A DNA stretch of 64,000 bases, taken from NCBI GenBank assembly GCA_000708835.1, contig DF237301.1:32790-96789 (forward strand), read 5' to 3'. Position numbers and translations under genes: made by a program. Each line of letters starts with the position of its first letter. The stretch's first letter is position 1. The notes under the pieces are model-generated. The model worked only from the letters and a program-made list of their open reading frames with translations, ran no database searches and was not told where the DNA came from. Shown here piece after piece: positions 51,210 to 63,065 of this stretch. Source of the stretch: Klebsormidium nitens. Lineage: Eukaryota; Plantae; Klebsormidiophyceae.

Positions 51210-52979
51210 CTAAACCGCCGAAGACTCGCCCCGAAGCTTTGCAATGTCATCCTTGCACCTTTCCTCGTTCTTTTTGCACCATTCAGTTTCTTCGAGCACT
51301 TCAGCGGCCCCACTCCAGTCCTCTTTGTTGAGTTTTGCTATGAACTTCTCCTGCTCGCAGAGCCAGTCCTTGCCTTTTGCGAAGACGAGGTCGAGAAGAA
51401 CGACCTGCAAGAAAAGCGGCTCACGAAAGTCAAGACCTCTTTTGAGTGCAAGCCCCGCACTTAAAAGCAAGGCGGCGTCCAACCGACTTTCGAAGGGAAA
51501 TGCACTGCCAAGGACTGAAAGCACTGAAAGGACGACACAAGCGGTCTGCTGCACGAGGGAATGCAGGAGTGGGCGTCAGAATCGGAGAGAATCTCTCGAT
51601 ACTGTGCCGCAAACTCAGCATGCTGACTGGACAGTTCCGCGAAGGTAGACATAGACGGGTTGGAGTATTTATAGAAGTGTGACCACGAGAGTAAACGCAT
51701 CAGGTCTGGCGTGACATCTCGGGATAGATGAAAACTCTAGCGAAAGTGCTTCTTGCAAACCTGAATGTCACAGGAGAAGTTGTCGAGAGCCCTGACGCAC
51801 TCCGCTGCCTCGTCCAGGCCCCTCTTCACGCTTATCGTCAGCAGGGCCGTAATCTGGAGGTCGTTCAAGCACTCTTCTCCATGATAGACTGCACACGCGA
51901 TTCAGCAATTGAAAAGACGACAACATAAAGCACAGTGCACAGTAACGTCTGTTGGAAACTTGATGCGTTCTCGCAACCATGGGTTGCCTCTGTGCCCACC
52001 CGTTCGCTTATATGGTAGCATCACGAGGCAGACTACAAGATGTCAAGGACACGTTGTTCACGCCGTCAGCATTCAGAACCTAGGCGTATATCAATAACAG
52101 CGTGGCGCTTAGGAAGACTTGAATGAAGGATGAAAGGGCCAGACTGCCAAATCCTATGGCTTTTGACATCCAGATCCAGTACCGGAAAACCAGATCACCG
52201 CTGAATCGCTTCCCCTGCAGAAGCTGATCTGGACCCAAATTTTCCATGACTGCGCTGCGAACAGAAGTGAATTGGACAGAATTCTCAGGACTTGATTTGT
52301 AAGAGAAAGACCTCTGTAGCTCGTCAGCTACCTAAGTCTAGAATTACTTGCCTTGCTCGTAGTCTGCGAACACTGCTGATAGCTCCGCCTTGCGGTCTGC
52401 CACGGGGCTCTGGTCTAAATCATATGCCACTCCGACAGCCCTGCAAAATAGGACGTATTCGAGAACAAGTATGTACCTTGAGTATCTGCACATCCTAGCA
52501 CACCCTACCCACTTTATCTGGTCTGCCTTCAAGTTCTTCCGCCTGACGGTCCGAGAGGGGGCCAGAATAGGCGACATTCTTTTGTCCATTCGCGCTGCAG
52601 CTCATGCTGGACCACCACAGTGCAATTCGATTTCCAGAGCCTGCACTGATTGCTTGCATGTAGTTGCTTTCCTCTGTTTGAGACCGTATTTGAGGCAGGA
52701 ACTTACTTCTCACCTGTAGTTCCCTGACGTTGCGTTATAGGCACAATGGTGTCTTCCTTCATGTTTTTCCATCCATGAAGCCCCTTTTGGAATGCACAGG
52801 TATCTAGGAGTGCCAATCACATGCAGATTGCTCCAGGAAAGGCGTGGCGCTCCTCCCTTGTGTTCCTTCTTAGTACTGCCCAGAAGGCGTCCAGAGCAAG
52901 AAGTAACTGCAGATGTCAGGACCGCAAGAAAGAGCGCTACATGGATCCAGCGCGGGATGGGAACCATGCTGACCGTCAT
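51210..52979 (-). CDS. Secreted T4-lysozyme-like (GH24) protein, ~225 aa; exons 52979-52714, 52440-52352, 51888-51761, 51404-51210
   Basis: Spliced product: hydrophobic signal (WIHVALFLAVLTSAVTSCSG), then WMEKHEGRHHCAYNATSGNYRAVGVAYDL...CLNDLQITALL...QVVLLDLVFAKG...LNKEDWSGAAEVLEETEWCKKNEERC. This parallels the T4L pattern DEG..Y.D..G..TIGIG...ALINMVFQMG...RWDEAAVNLAKSRW. Intron 2 is GC-AG. Confidence 0.8.
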
Positions 52980-53924
52980 GAATTCCTCTCGCGCTTATTG
53001 CTTGTCGTCAGAAATGGCGCAAAAGGAATGCTGCTTCCGGGGTGGTCACAAATATTGGCAGACGCGAGCTTGAGGGAGACGAACCTCTTCCTCCTCTGCT
53101 TTTCGGCTGTCAAACCTCAAAGTCTCCCCTAGCTTAAACCAGCAGCCAGCCGGCCCGCCGTCTCCTCGCCATGACTTGCCGCGTTTCAGCAGCAGTTGCT
53201 GACGTGTTATTCACATCCAAGCAGTTCATCTCTCTCCATCATAGGACTGACGAACGGTCCGACAGAGTGTGTATTTCCGAGTCGCTTGTTGGCGGAGGCT
53301 GTCTCGTCACTTTTAAGATTGAATCAGAGGTCACCAGTGAACCATTCCACCCTTGGATACTCGTCAAGATAGGCATGTTGCGTAGATGCTGCATGTATCG
53401 GTGACCTCCTAAGACTATCGTCCTCAAGACGTTCGAGCGTCAAGGTTGGCCCGCCCGGGCCCAAGGCAAGGGTCGAGCGCGCGGCGCGCGCTTCGCAGCC
53501 GAGGCGCGCGACCTTGCATTCCCACCCAACCCAGCCTGGGTCAGTGTACCGGGCACCCGGGCGTCAGCCCGTCAAGCATAGCCTATTCGCCATAAGGGCC
53601 GGGACCAGTCGTAAGGGCCCCGTTACCACTCTGGACCAGACCGTTCCCGGGTCACGACCGAACCGTACTCGGAGCCTGCATCATGGTCTCGAAAGCTGCC
53701 ACTTCTAGTCTCCAGCATTGTCCAGCTGCCGACGTACATGCTGCAACTTGCCCGGGCACGAAGCTAAGTAGGATAGCGACTGACGCCAAGCGGAAAAGTC
53801 TTCTCAGGCATGGCCGAGTAAGTGACTGGCAGCCTTCCCTACTTGGCAGTTAAGTCTCCGGAGTTGCTTGAGCTTTTGGGGGCAAACAACATGCTTTGCT
53901 GTGCTCTGCTTCAGTTCAGGATAC

Positions 53925-56900
53925 ATGAACCGCAATCAAAGGGCAGAGGCATCGACCCGCTCTGCAGACCAGCCGGCCCAACCCCAGGAGCTGGAGCAGC
54001 TGCTTGTGTCAGGCGGTAGCGGCGAGCCGGATGGCGAGCAGGTCAGTGTCGAGTGCCCTCAGCAGCTTCTGAGTGAAGTTGAGGGCCTACACTGTCCGGA
54101 TTCCAAGCGCCCCTCCCGCACATGTTGCCAGAGCTGGCCTCTTCCTCGTTTTATAGAATTTTATGCCTGCTAGTGGGTACGCTCAATTAGGTTTAAGCAG
54201 CTTTGGCAGGGCATGGTCGTCTGGTACGGTGTACCCACCAGCGGGCAATTCTTCATAAGATTCAAACACCGGACAGTGGGTATGCTCGATCAACTGGAAA
54301 CAAACATTGCAGGGCATGATTGTGTACCCAGTGTCGGGAAATTCTTTCTTAGACACAAATGCCTGGCGGCGGGTACGCTCAATCAACTGTAATCGAACGT
54401 CGCAGGGCACGATTGTCTACCCAATGTTAAGGGATTTTCCCTTAGACACAAATGCCTGGCAGTGGGTACGCTCAATCAATAAGGAGATGAACAGGGCATG
54501 GTCGTACCTGCTGCAGCGTGTCCCCACTGCCTGGCAGACTCCAACTGCTGGCAAGTTGGTACGCTCTGTCAGTTGTAAGCGGATTGGGCGTGTCGCAGTG
54601 TGTACCAACAGCTGGGGATCCCTTTTTGTATCCGAATGCCCGGTACTGGGTACGCGTTGTCATCTGTAAGCAGCTGTTTTGAGTGGCGTGGCCGTCAGAA
54701 TGTACCCACTGTCGGATGATTTTTTGTAGACTTCACTGCCTGGCGCTCGGTACGCCTCTGTATCGAATGATCTTACAGCTCGAGTTCCTACCAATGGGTG
54801 GTGTCGCTCGCTTTCTTCTGTCGATTCCAAGCAGATTGTTTGCCACCCAATCAATCGCTCCTCTATGTCTGCAGAGTGGTCTTCAATCAACGCTCTCAGA
54901 GTCTGCCGGCCCCTATCAACCACCGCCTTTGGACCAGCCGATGGGCGAGCAAAACCCGTCCGCACATGGTGCATCAGCTGACTCGCCGGTGGAGGGGCCC
55001 CTACCGGACAGTCTCGCTTTGCCGGTTCCACTCCATCCATCAGACATGCCCATTGCGGTGAGCTCTTTGAACGGCACTCACACATTCCTAGTTTTCATTC
55101 CTGTTGTGTGTAATATCACTGGCCGCATGTACCTTCCTGCAAAGTTTCCAATCGTTCGTCAGTGAATACGCTTTGTCATTTGTAAGCTAAACTGGGGGTT
55201 ACGGCCGGTTCAAGGGTGTACCCACTGCCGGAGAACTGATTCTCAGACTCTAATTGCCCGCCAGTGGGTACGCTCTATCTTGCCTGGTATGGCCCGCGCC
55301 CCCTTCACACAGTGTACCCAGCCTTGACGAATTGTTTCTTACACTTGTTCCGCCCGTTAGCGGGTAAGCTCTATCTCGGGTGGTATGGCCGTCGACAGGG
55401 TCTTTTTGCAAGTGTACATAGCCCCGACGAATTAATCCTTAGAGTCTAATGCCCGCCAGTGGGTACGCTCTATCTAGCATGGTATGGCCGTCGCCCCATT
55501 CACGCAACGTACCCAGTCCTAGCGAAATGATTCTAGATTTCAATGCCCGCCAGTGGGTACGCTCTATCTTGCCTCATATGGCCGTCTCCCCTCCCCCCCG
55601 TTGTCACCCACCTCCTGCCATATTGCGCACGTGCAGGGCGGCACCGGACTCGGACTCGGACCCTCCCCGGCGCTTCCCACAGCTGACGCTCGCCCAATCT
55701 CGAAGCCCCCAATTTCGACGCCCGGCGCTCTGCCTTTAAATTCGGAGGTACGTCCAGCCACTTTTCACTTCTTTAGGGATCAGCGTGCACCAGTCACTCA
55801 AGGAATTTGGAACCCACCGCCGCCCATTCCTTTCGAAGCATCCTAATGCCCGCAAGTGGGTACGCTCTATGCTCGGGTGGTATGGCCGTCGTCCCTTTCA
55901 CACGGCGTACCTAGTCCTGGCGAATTGATACATGAACTCCGATTCCTGCCATCGGGTACGCTCTATCTTGCCTGGTATGGCCGTCACCCCTCCAGGCTCC
56001 ATTTTCCACTCACTGCCTCCCATTTGCGGCTCAGGCGCACGGTGGCACTGGACGGGCACCCTCCCCCGCGGTTTCCACAATTGACGCTCGTACAACTTCG
56101 GAGCAGCTCCAGCCCGTCGCTCTGCCTTCGGATCCGGAGGTACGTCTTGCCACTCATCATTTGGGATCCGTGTGCGCCAGTCAGATTAAAGGCCCGCTCT
56201 GCACCCATGGACGAACTGCGCGCGAGCGAGTGCTTGCGGTATGTGTGGCAGCAACTTCTGGAAAAACATCCTCTCAATTCTCGGTTCCGTGTGCGCGCGC
56301 TGACAGCGTCGAGCAATTGCGACATGTTGCCTCCCTCATGCCCACCCATTTTGGCTCGTGCACAGATCGATTCCGCGAGCAGAGTCACAGAAGCGGCCCG
56401 TCCGTCGCCCTCCACGGCTGATGCACCTCATTCGACGGAGGCAATGTTATCAGCTGCCCCACTGGAGCCGCTTCCACAGAGCTGGTGAGCTGTTCTGGCT
56501 CGAAATGGCTTGAAGCGTACCCACTGCCGCCTACTTTTCTTTAAGAATCTTAACGCCCGCCGATGGGTACGCCCTCTCTTGCCTGGTCTGGCCGTCCGCT
56601 TTCCCAACGGCGTACCCACTTCCGCCCACTTCTTTCCAAATAGCATGATGCCCGCCAGTGGGTAAACACTATTCTTAGGCAGATTGGCCATCTGCCTTTT
56701 CTGCACGGCGTACCCACTGCTATCTCATTGATTCTTGGAATCCGGTCGCCCGCCACTGGTAAGCTCCATCTCGTTTTTCGCTCTAAACTTGGGCCATCTC
56801 GTGCATGCATGCATAGGGCGGCTTTGCACCGATACCGCCCCAAGCGACCTCGGAGCCGCGGCAGCCCGCCACTCTTCTCAACCGGCAGTCGGATGTACAG

Positions 56901-58194
56901 GTACGCCTCCGCCATGCGTTGCCTTGAAGCTCCGCCTACATTGTATCCACCGCGGGCACTTGTTTTTCAGAAAACTAATGCCCGCCAACCGGTACGCTCT
57001 ATCCTGGGCGGCATGGCCGTCCCCCGATTTGCCCGATGTGTTGCAGTCCTCATGTCGATCATGATTTCTCCTCAATCAGCCCTTGGCACCTCTCCTCCCG
57101 GCTGCTCTCTGACAGCGGCGCTTCTGAGTCACTGGTGGCCATCTCTGCAAACTTGCCCTTTTGCATTGAGCGTCTCCGTAAGTACTCATACAGTCCGTCT
57201 TGCGTGCAGCCGTCGTCATCTGTTGAGACGAGCACCGCCGGTCCAAGGAGCGCTGCAGGTTCGAAAAGGTCGTCGAGCTGGAGGAGCCCGCGCGTCAACG
57301 CCGGGTCTCGTGGGAAAATTTCCCTGATGGTGAGCGCACAGCATCTGTAGGGGCACTTTTCGTGCAGCTTCAACGGAAAGCGTATGCTTCTTGCATGGGT
57401 GCACAGCATGCTTGACTAGGAACCTTTCAATCAAAGCGGAACCTTCCTTCATTCTTTTCAAGGCGCTCTTGTTCTCGCAGCTCGACGACAAGCACATCCG
57501 CCTCGACGACCGCGATGTCTCCTCCAATCTCATGGGGGTCGGCGGACAGACCTTTAGCCCAGCAGACCTAGCATCCGATTCTGGCCAGGTGATCCTTGTC
57601 TCCTGTGATCCATTTTGAAGTGCTACGAATGCTGAATGAAGTAGAAAATTGCGTGTCGTCAAGTCGGACCCCTCTGAAAGACCGTGCTGATTGCTCGAAA
57701 CATTGGACGATTTTCCAGTTTGCGATTCCTTTGGGACCTTCGACCGACTCATAGTAGGTGGGCTCTATCTTGGGCGACATAGCTCTCATCTTTCTGCACG
57801 TTGTACCCACTTGTGGCGTATTCTTTCTCGAATTCCCAATTGCCGCTAGTGGGTACGCACTATGTTTCGGTGGTACGGTCGGCTGCCCTGTATCCGCCCT
57901 GGGGCGGCATTGCCGCGCAATCTCTGCACGGCAAACCCAGTCGAGGACAATTGTTCCCAGAATAATAATGCCTCGAAGTGGGAACGCGCTATCCTCGGCG
58001 GCATGGCCGCCATCCCTTTCCTCCTGCACCCACCATCACTGCTCGTGCATGTTGTGCAGGCAGCACCTGCCGAGGCTCCGCCTGCAGCTGGCGCTCCCCC
58101 CTTTCGCCGCCTCCACGCATACATAAGGAACTACCTGTCACCCTTTTCATCACCATGTAAGATAAATGAAGATTATCGACAATGTAGGTTATGA
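53925..58194 (+). CDS. Orphan Pro/Ser-rich protein, ~414 aa; exons 53925-54041, 54875-55057, 55637-55747, 56035-56139, 56366-56484, 56817-56900, 57047-57329, 57481-57588, 58060-58194
   Basis: Nine segments bounded by canonical AG/GT sites join in phase with no internal stop. No recognisable domain. The start codon and expression are unverified. Confidence 0.55.
54163..58010 (+). repeat. ~95-bp dyad-containing repeat family (~20 copies) located in introns of the orphan gene
   Basis: Box A AATGCCCGCCAGTGGGTACGCTC(T/A)ATC has cores at 54175, 54278, 54371, 54464, 54557, 54648, 54748, 55266, 55362, 55461, 55555, 55858, 55954, 56564, 56660, 56757, 56990, 57851 and 57980. Inverted box B GTGTACCCACTG lies about half a unit downstream of box A. 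Confidence 0.9.
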
Positions 58195-58656
58195 CCTACA
58201 TACGTTGAAGCAGATATAGGTACATGCCTCTATTGGACAAAGACGGCAGGCCATGCCAGCCATATGATTACCATGAAACATGTGCATGCACGATCCGTGC
58301 TAATGGGCATCCAATTGAGAATAAGATTCGTCCCCTTTCGCCACAAATAAACTCCTGCTTGGTGGCTGCAAGTTCCAAAAGCAATTGGCTCTAGAAGAGC
58401 GTTGCATCATCACAATATCCCGGCTTGACACGACTCACTACGGACAGCAGCCAAACACGGGCTGCCAATAATAATGTCAGTTGCAATTCAGAGAAGCGTT
58501 ATTCTTGCACTGCTGACGACCTTGCACCACTGACGATGTCAGGGCCAACGGTGCATGTTCTGACCGTTCGAAGCAGGATTTCTGACACCATGTAACCAGG
58601 CAGGGGGCAAACCACTTGATGACATCCAGTTCAGAGCAGCCGGTTATCCGATGGAC

Positions 58657-61600
58657 CTAGTCCTGCGAAAACGAGACTCCACGGTCGCAGTTACAAGCCA
58701 CCCACTGCTCGTCGAGTAGGGACGATGCACTTCTAGCTTTACTGCTCAGCATGTGGAGGAACTGGCGGCCTTGCTGTGACAAAACTAGGCCTGCATCGAC
58801 AGCCAACTCCTTCAACACTTTTGCTAATTGAAACAAGTCGGAGGCTTCAACGTATTGACCATTAACCAGAGTGGCGTCCTCCCATGAGTCGAAGCGATCC
58901 AGCGGGGGAGGGTCCCCTACGTGAGCGACGGACTCCAGGTCGATAAGCATGTGCTTCAGGCGCGGGGAAGAGTCCTTGTAGGAACAGATATTGGGCTTGC
59001 GGAGATCCCGGTGGCAAATGGACGCGTTGTGGAGGACGACAAGCGCATGCAGGAGGTCATGCGCGATCTGGCGGATCTCCTGCAGAGTGTTTGAGATGAG
59101 TCAGCTTCAAGACGATTGTACTTAAAACACTCATCCAGTTTTGACTAGGACGGAAAGCCCGGAATTAGAGAGTTGTGCTTCTGACCTCATAAACTTGATC
59201 ATGTCCGATGTGAGGTTTTGCGGAAGTAAAAACGGCAGACTGACCTCCGGCCTTCTTGGAGATTGTTCAAAAGCACTCCCATGACAAACATCGACACACT
59301 AGTAGCTTCTTTACGTTTGCTTAAGAATAGGCTCCTCAACGTACCAATCAGGAAGCAAGCTCCTAAGAGCAGCTCCTGAGGAGCTAGAGGCAAGCAGTCT
59401 ACAGCACCGCGAACGAAACTTGCAGACACCTCACCTCCTCATTGTTTGCTTGCACCGGCATCCCAAGAGGCCGGGTGACGACGCGGTAAGTACCGGTAGC
59501 AGCATCCAAGAAAGGCCCCTTCACCGCGTGCACGATGTGCGTAGTCGTCTTTGCGGCATCGTAAGCTGCGGTCACGATCGCAAAGCTGGTAGCCGCCCTT
59601 TGGAGGTAGTCCGGCGCGTTGTAGATGACCTTGACGATGCTGCAAGCAGAAGAAAGGAGAAAGCAAGACGGACTAGGTTAAGATGAGACTGCAGGACACG
59701 GATCGAACCAAGATCAAGGACTCTAAAGCAAGCAATGTTTGCTGTGGCCACACGAGGAGACACTCGCTTGGGACCAGGATACCAGTGGAAAGCCACTCTT
59801 ATCAAAGCATCTGCCACCTTCCCCCTTCCCGTCCTTCAAAAGTGCTCCAACTTTTGGCTTATCATTTCGCCATGTCTAAACAGAGAGACACGCCCTGAAA
59901 ATCTTTGACGCCAAAGGCTCTCAGTTTGATGCTGTGATCAACCCTCCAGGAGCGCGTTGGCAGCTGGCACGCAAGGCATGCTAGTCGATTTTGCTGACAG
60001 ACTGTTGCTGATCTGTTGTCATTTTCCGAAAGAAGCAACTTAAACTCTGGCTGGGATAAAGAGCTACGGACCTGTTGTGGGTCGGAGTCACGGTAGCTTG
60101 ACCGTGTCGAGTCTTTTTCTTGAACATTTGAAGTCCACCGTGTTCCTTTGGCAGGTACTCTTTCAGCTTCAGGAGCAGCTTGTAGATGTTGACGACGACC
60201 AAGAGCAGCTTGGCGCGGCCGTGCTCGGTGCTGAAATCGATCTCGTCCAGAATCGGAACGAGCTGCAGCTGGAGTGGATAAGATTAGGTACAAGACAAGC
60301 AGATGGTGCTTCTCTAAGCAACAATGTCGTTTCCTGCTTTACAAATCTTCTCCTTCAAAGTTGTGCGGAAAGACTTGGAAAGTCTTTGACCCACCTGTTC
60401 CTGACTCCTGCCCCGTCTGCTCTTCTTTTGGCCTCCAAAACTTGCATCAATCCTTCCGCACTCAAGAGAGGCATTGGAACTGGTGGTCACCTTTGGAAGA
60501 TTCCCTAGTTTTGAAAAACCTGAGGCTTTACCTTTGCCGATTGAGAAAGAGGCAAAGTTAGTTAACTTCGATTAAGGAGAACTAGATGAGGACATGAAGT
60601 ACTCAGGTAGAATTAACAACCAGATTTAACCATCAAATACTACAATACTGCAGGCAGTGACCCCTGCCACACTCTCGGACTTTGTCCCAGCTTTGAGCCT
60701 CTTCAGTTGCATGCTTGGCGGCCACGAAAGAATCTGAGCCCTCGTCACCACTGGCAATCACCCCCTTTGCCAAACCTAAGCGGGTCTGGAGGCCCCGCGG
60801 CAGCACTTAAACAAGGGTGATGGAGTGCTACCAATGAACAGTCAGGTTCAGCTTTGATGGTTGGAGCACGATGATCACCTCCGCAGTCTGAGTCTTGATG
60901 GCAAACCACTGGACTCGCTTTCCGGCGGCGGCGTATGCTGGGATGTAGTCAAGCCGCCCGTAGTGGATGGACGAGAATGGCTCGTTAAATTTCTTCTTGA
61001 CGTCCCTGAGCGCGCTGGCGAGCGGTTCGTCCTCTGGCTTCTCTTCCCCCGCGAGCAGAAGCGTATATGCTGCTGTCAGCGTCCCGTCAGGCCTTGTGCT
61101 CTCAATGTTGGGGACGCTCCACGTGTTCTTGGTCGTCGCGTTCTTATCGTAGACAAGGCCCAGCTGCAGGGGCGGCCTCATTCTGCGATCAATCTGGTAC
61201 AGGACATCGAAGAGCAGCTTGGTGACAGCGTACGCCGTGAGCTCTTCGGTGCCAGAAGTGTGGATAATCTCCTCAATCCGGGTCGAAAACGTGGCGACGA
61301 TATTCGCCTGCACAAACAAGGGGAAAGAAAAGCATTGAGTAGAAGTCTGCATGTACAGATCGACATGAGCGTGCAAATGTACACGATTATCAGTCAAAGG
61401 CGTCGGACATGTTCAACCCAGTGGACTCATCCAAGCTCTGTTGCAGACTGCAAGCTCTGCTCCACAAATCGATGGTAAAACCTGAAATCTTGAGCAATAA
61501 ATCTGGATACTTTTATCCTTCCTGATCAGAAAAAGAAAAGGCGTTAGATGCCGTGACTTTTCCTCAATGGGAGTGCACTACACAGGTACACAACCTAGCA

Positions 61601-62696
61601 GAGGCTCTTCCTGATGCATTTTTTCGATGCAATTGAGGGGGACATCGAGGGCCTTTGGATACACAATCTGAAAGACCCCTCGAGAAAACCACAAAGAGGT
61701 GCTTTTCCAAAAGCCTTGCAAAAAGCCTTCCAAATCTAATTGGCACCAATTTGGCACATGCAGTAGCAGAAGCCCCGCTCCTGCACATCACAAGGACATC
61801 TTGGTAGCAAGGTGCACCGCCTTGACTTGGCAGTGCTTACCGTCTCCTGCTCTGTGCACACGCGGACATAGTCGGTCCCCCCGACATCACGATTCAGGGA
61901 CTGGAACACCTGCAATGTCACCGGCACCTTCTCGAGCGTGCTGAGAAGGAACTGGCTCAAGTCCTCGATGGTCGGGGAAGTCGCTGGCAGGGTCCCGATC
62001 AGGCGTTCCAGAATCAGAATTGACATATCGGGGGCTACTGCAAGACGACGCACACTCTCTGTGAGAACTGCACCCTGCCCTGTGCTACCACTCCCCTAAA
62101 TGCATCAGCCGCAAAGAATCGGCCTTAAGGCTGAATTTTCGGGAGAATAAAGATGTTCACAAGAAGCATCTGCACCATGAAGATCACGAGCCCCATCCTG
62201 CTCGGACAATCTGCATTAGAAAGCGCCTTTTGCAATCCTCACCTTCCCCAGAATGAATGCTTCTCTGGTGGCAAATTTAACAAGAAGGTTGAGGATTGAA
62301 TCAGGAAGAAGAGGAGGGGAGAGCCCTTCCCTGCCAAACAGCAGCTTACAGAAAAGCCTTACCCTTCTGCTTCTTCGCCTCCGCCTCCTCCCTCAGCCGC
62401 TGCCTCTCGTCCTCGTCCCTCCGCCTCTTTGCCTCCGCATCTTCCTTCTGCCGCTGCCTCTCATCCTCCTTCCTTTGCCTCTCATCTGAGACCTTTGTTT
62501 TATACGCCCTAATGAGGGTGAGAAGCGGCACCGGAACATTCTGACAAGTAAGAAAGTCAACATCCGCCTCAGCAAGCGCAAGAGGTTCTGTCAGCAGATA
62601 CTTGTCCAGGATCCCTATATACTCATCTGAAAGATTCTTCGCCGAGGGCAGGTGACCTTCTAGTCCCTTTCTCACTGCATCCAGATCTGAAGACAT
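58657..62696 (-). CDS. Crinkler (CRN)-type protein: helical header, charged linker, PD-(D/E)xK REase-like domain and kinase, ~594 aa; exons 62696-62363, 62037-61841, 61307-60879, 60268-60072, 59639-59435, 59079-58657
   Basis: REase-like motif RPDGTL...LLAGEEK. Kinase catalytic loop HRDLRKPNI with LIDLE in place of DFG. Six phase-compatible GT-AG exons with no internal stop. Confidence 0.82.
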
Positions 62697-62899
62697 GGCT
62701 GAGCTGTCTCCGGGGGGGGCTTACTACAACACCTCAAAAGCGCTTAGGCAGTACAGTTGGGCAGCCGACTCGCACACCGCTGAAGACTGATCAACAAGTC
62801 TCCTTCATGTACACATCTCGTCTCCTTCCGACGTCCCTTATATCCGAATTTCGCGTCTCAAGTGCTCAGCATGGCGCCCTACTAGTATCTGCGTACCAA

Positions 62900-63065
62900 A
62901 AATGGCGCGTACCCACTGGCGGGCATTTGGAGTCTAACAAAAAGTAAACATCACTGGGTACACTATTGTGAGAGTGGGAGACCGACCATACCACTTGGAA
63001 AGGTAGGAGAGACTGAGAACACGCCAGGCCACTGAGCGCACGCTGCTGATCACTTGGCAGGTTTC
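62900..63065 (-). repeat. Inverted copy of the ~95-bp dyad repeat upstream of the CRN gene
   Basis: GCGTACCCACTGGCGGGCATT (62907-62927), CACTGGGTACAC (62952-62963) and GACCGACCATACCA (62980-62993) are the reverse complements of box A, box B and the TGGTATGGCCGTC box. A TATA-like TATAA lies at 62842-62838. Confidence 0.85.

Noticed and set aside
54163-58010. CRISPR array interpretation of the ~95-bp repeats
   Set aside because: No cas genes. The linkers are themselves partly conserved, repeats are degenerate, and the array lies within spliceosomal introns of a eukaryotic gene.
54163-58010. Intronic snoRNA cluster
   Set aside because: No consistent box C (RUGAUGA)/D (CUGA) or H/ACA motifs across units.
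57059-58029. Minus-strand ORFs of 116-178 aa read as a second, decayed Crinkler copy
   Set aside because: No REase or kinase motifs; they overlap antisense to exons 7-8 of the plus-strand orphan model.
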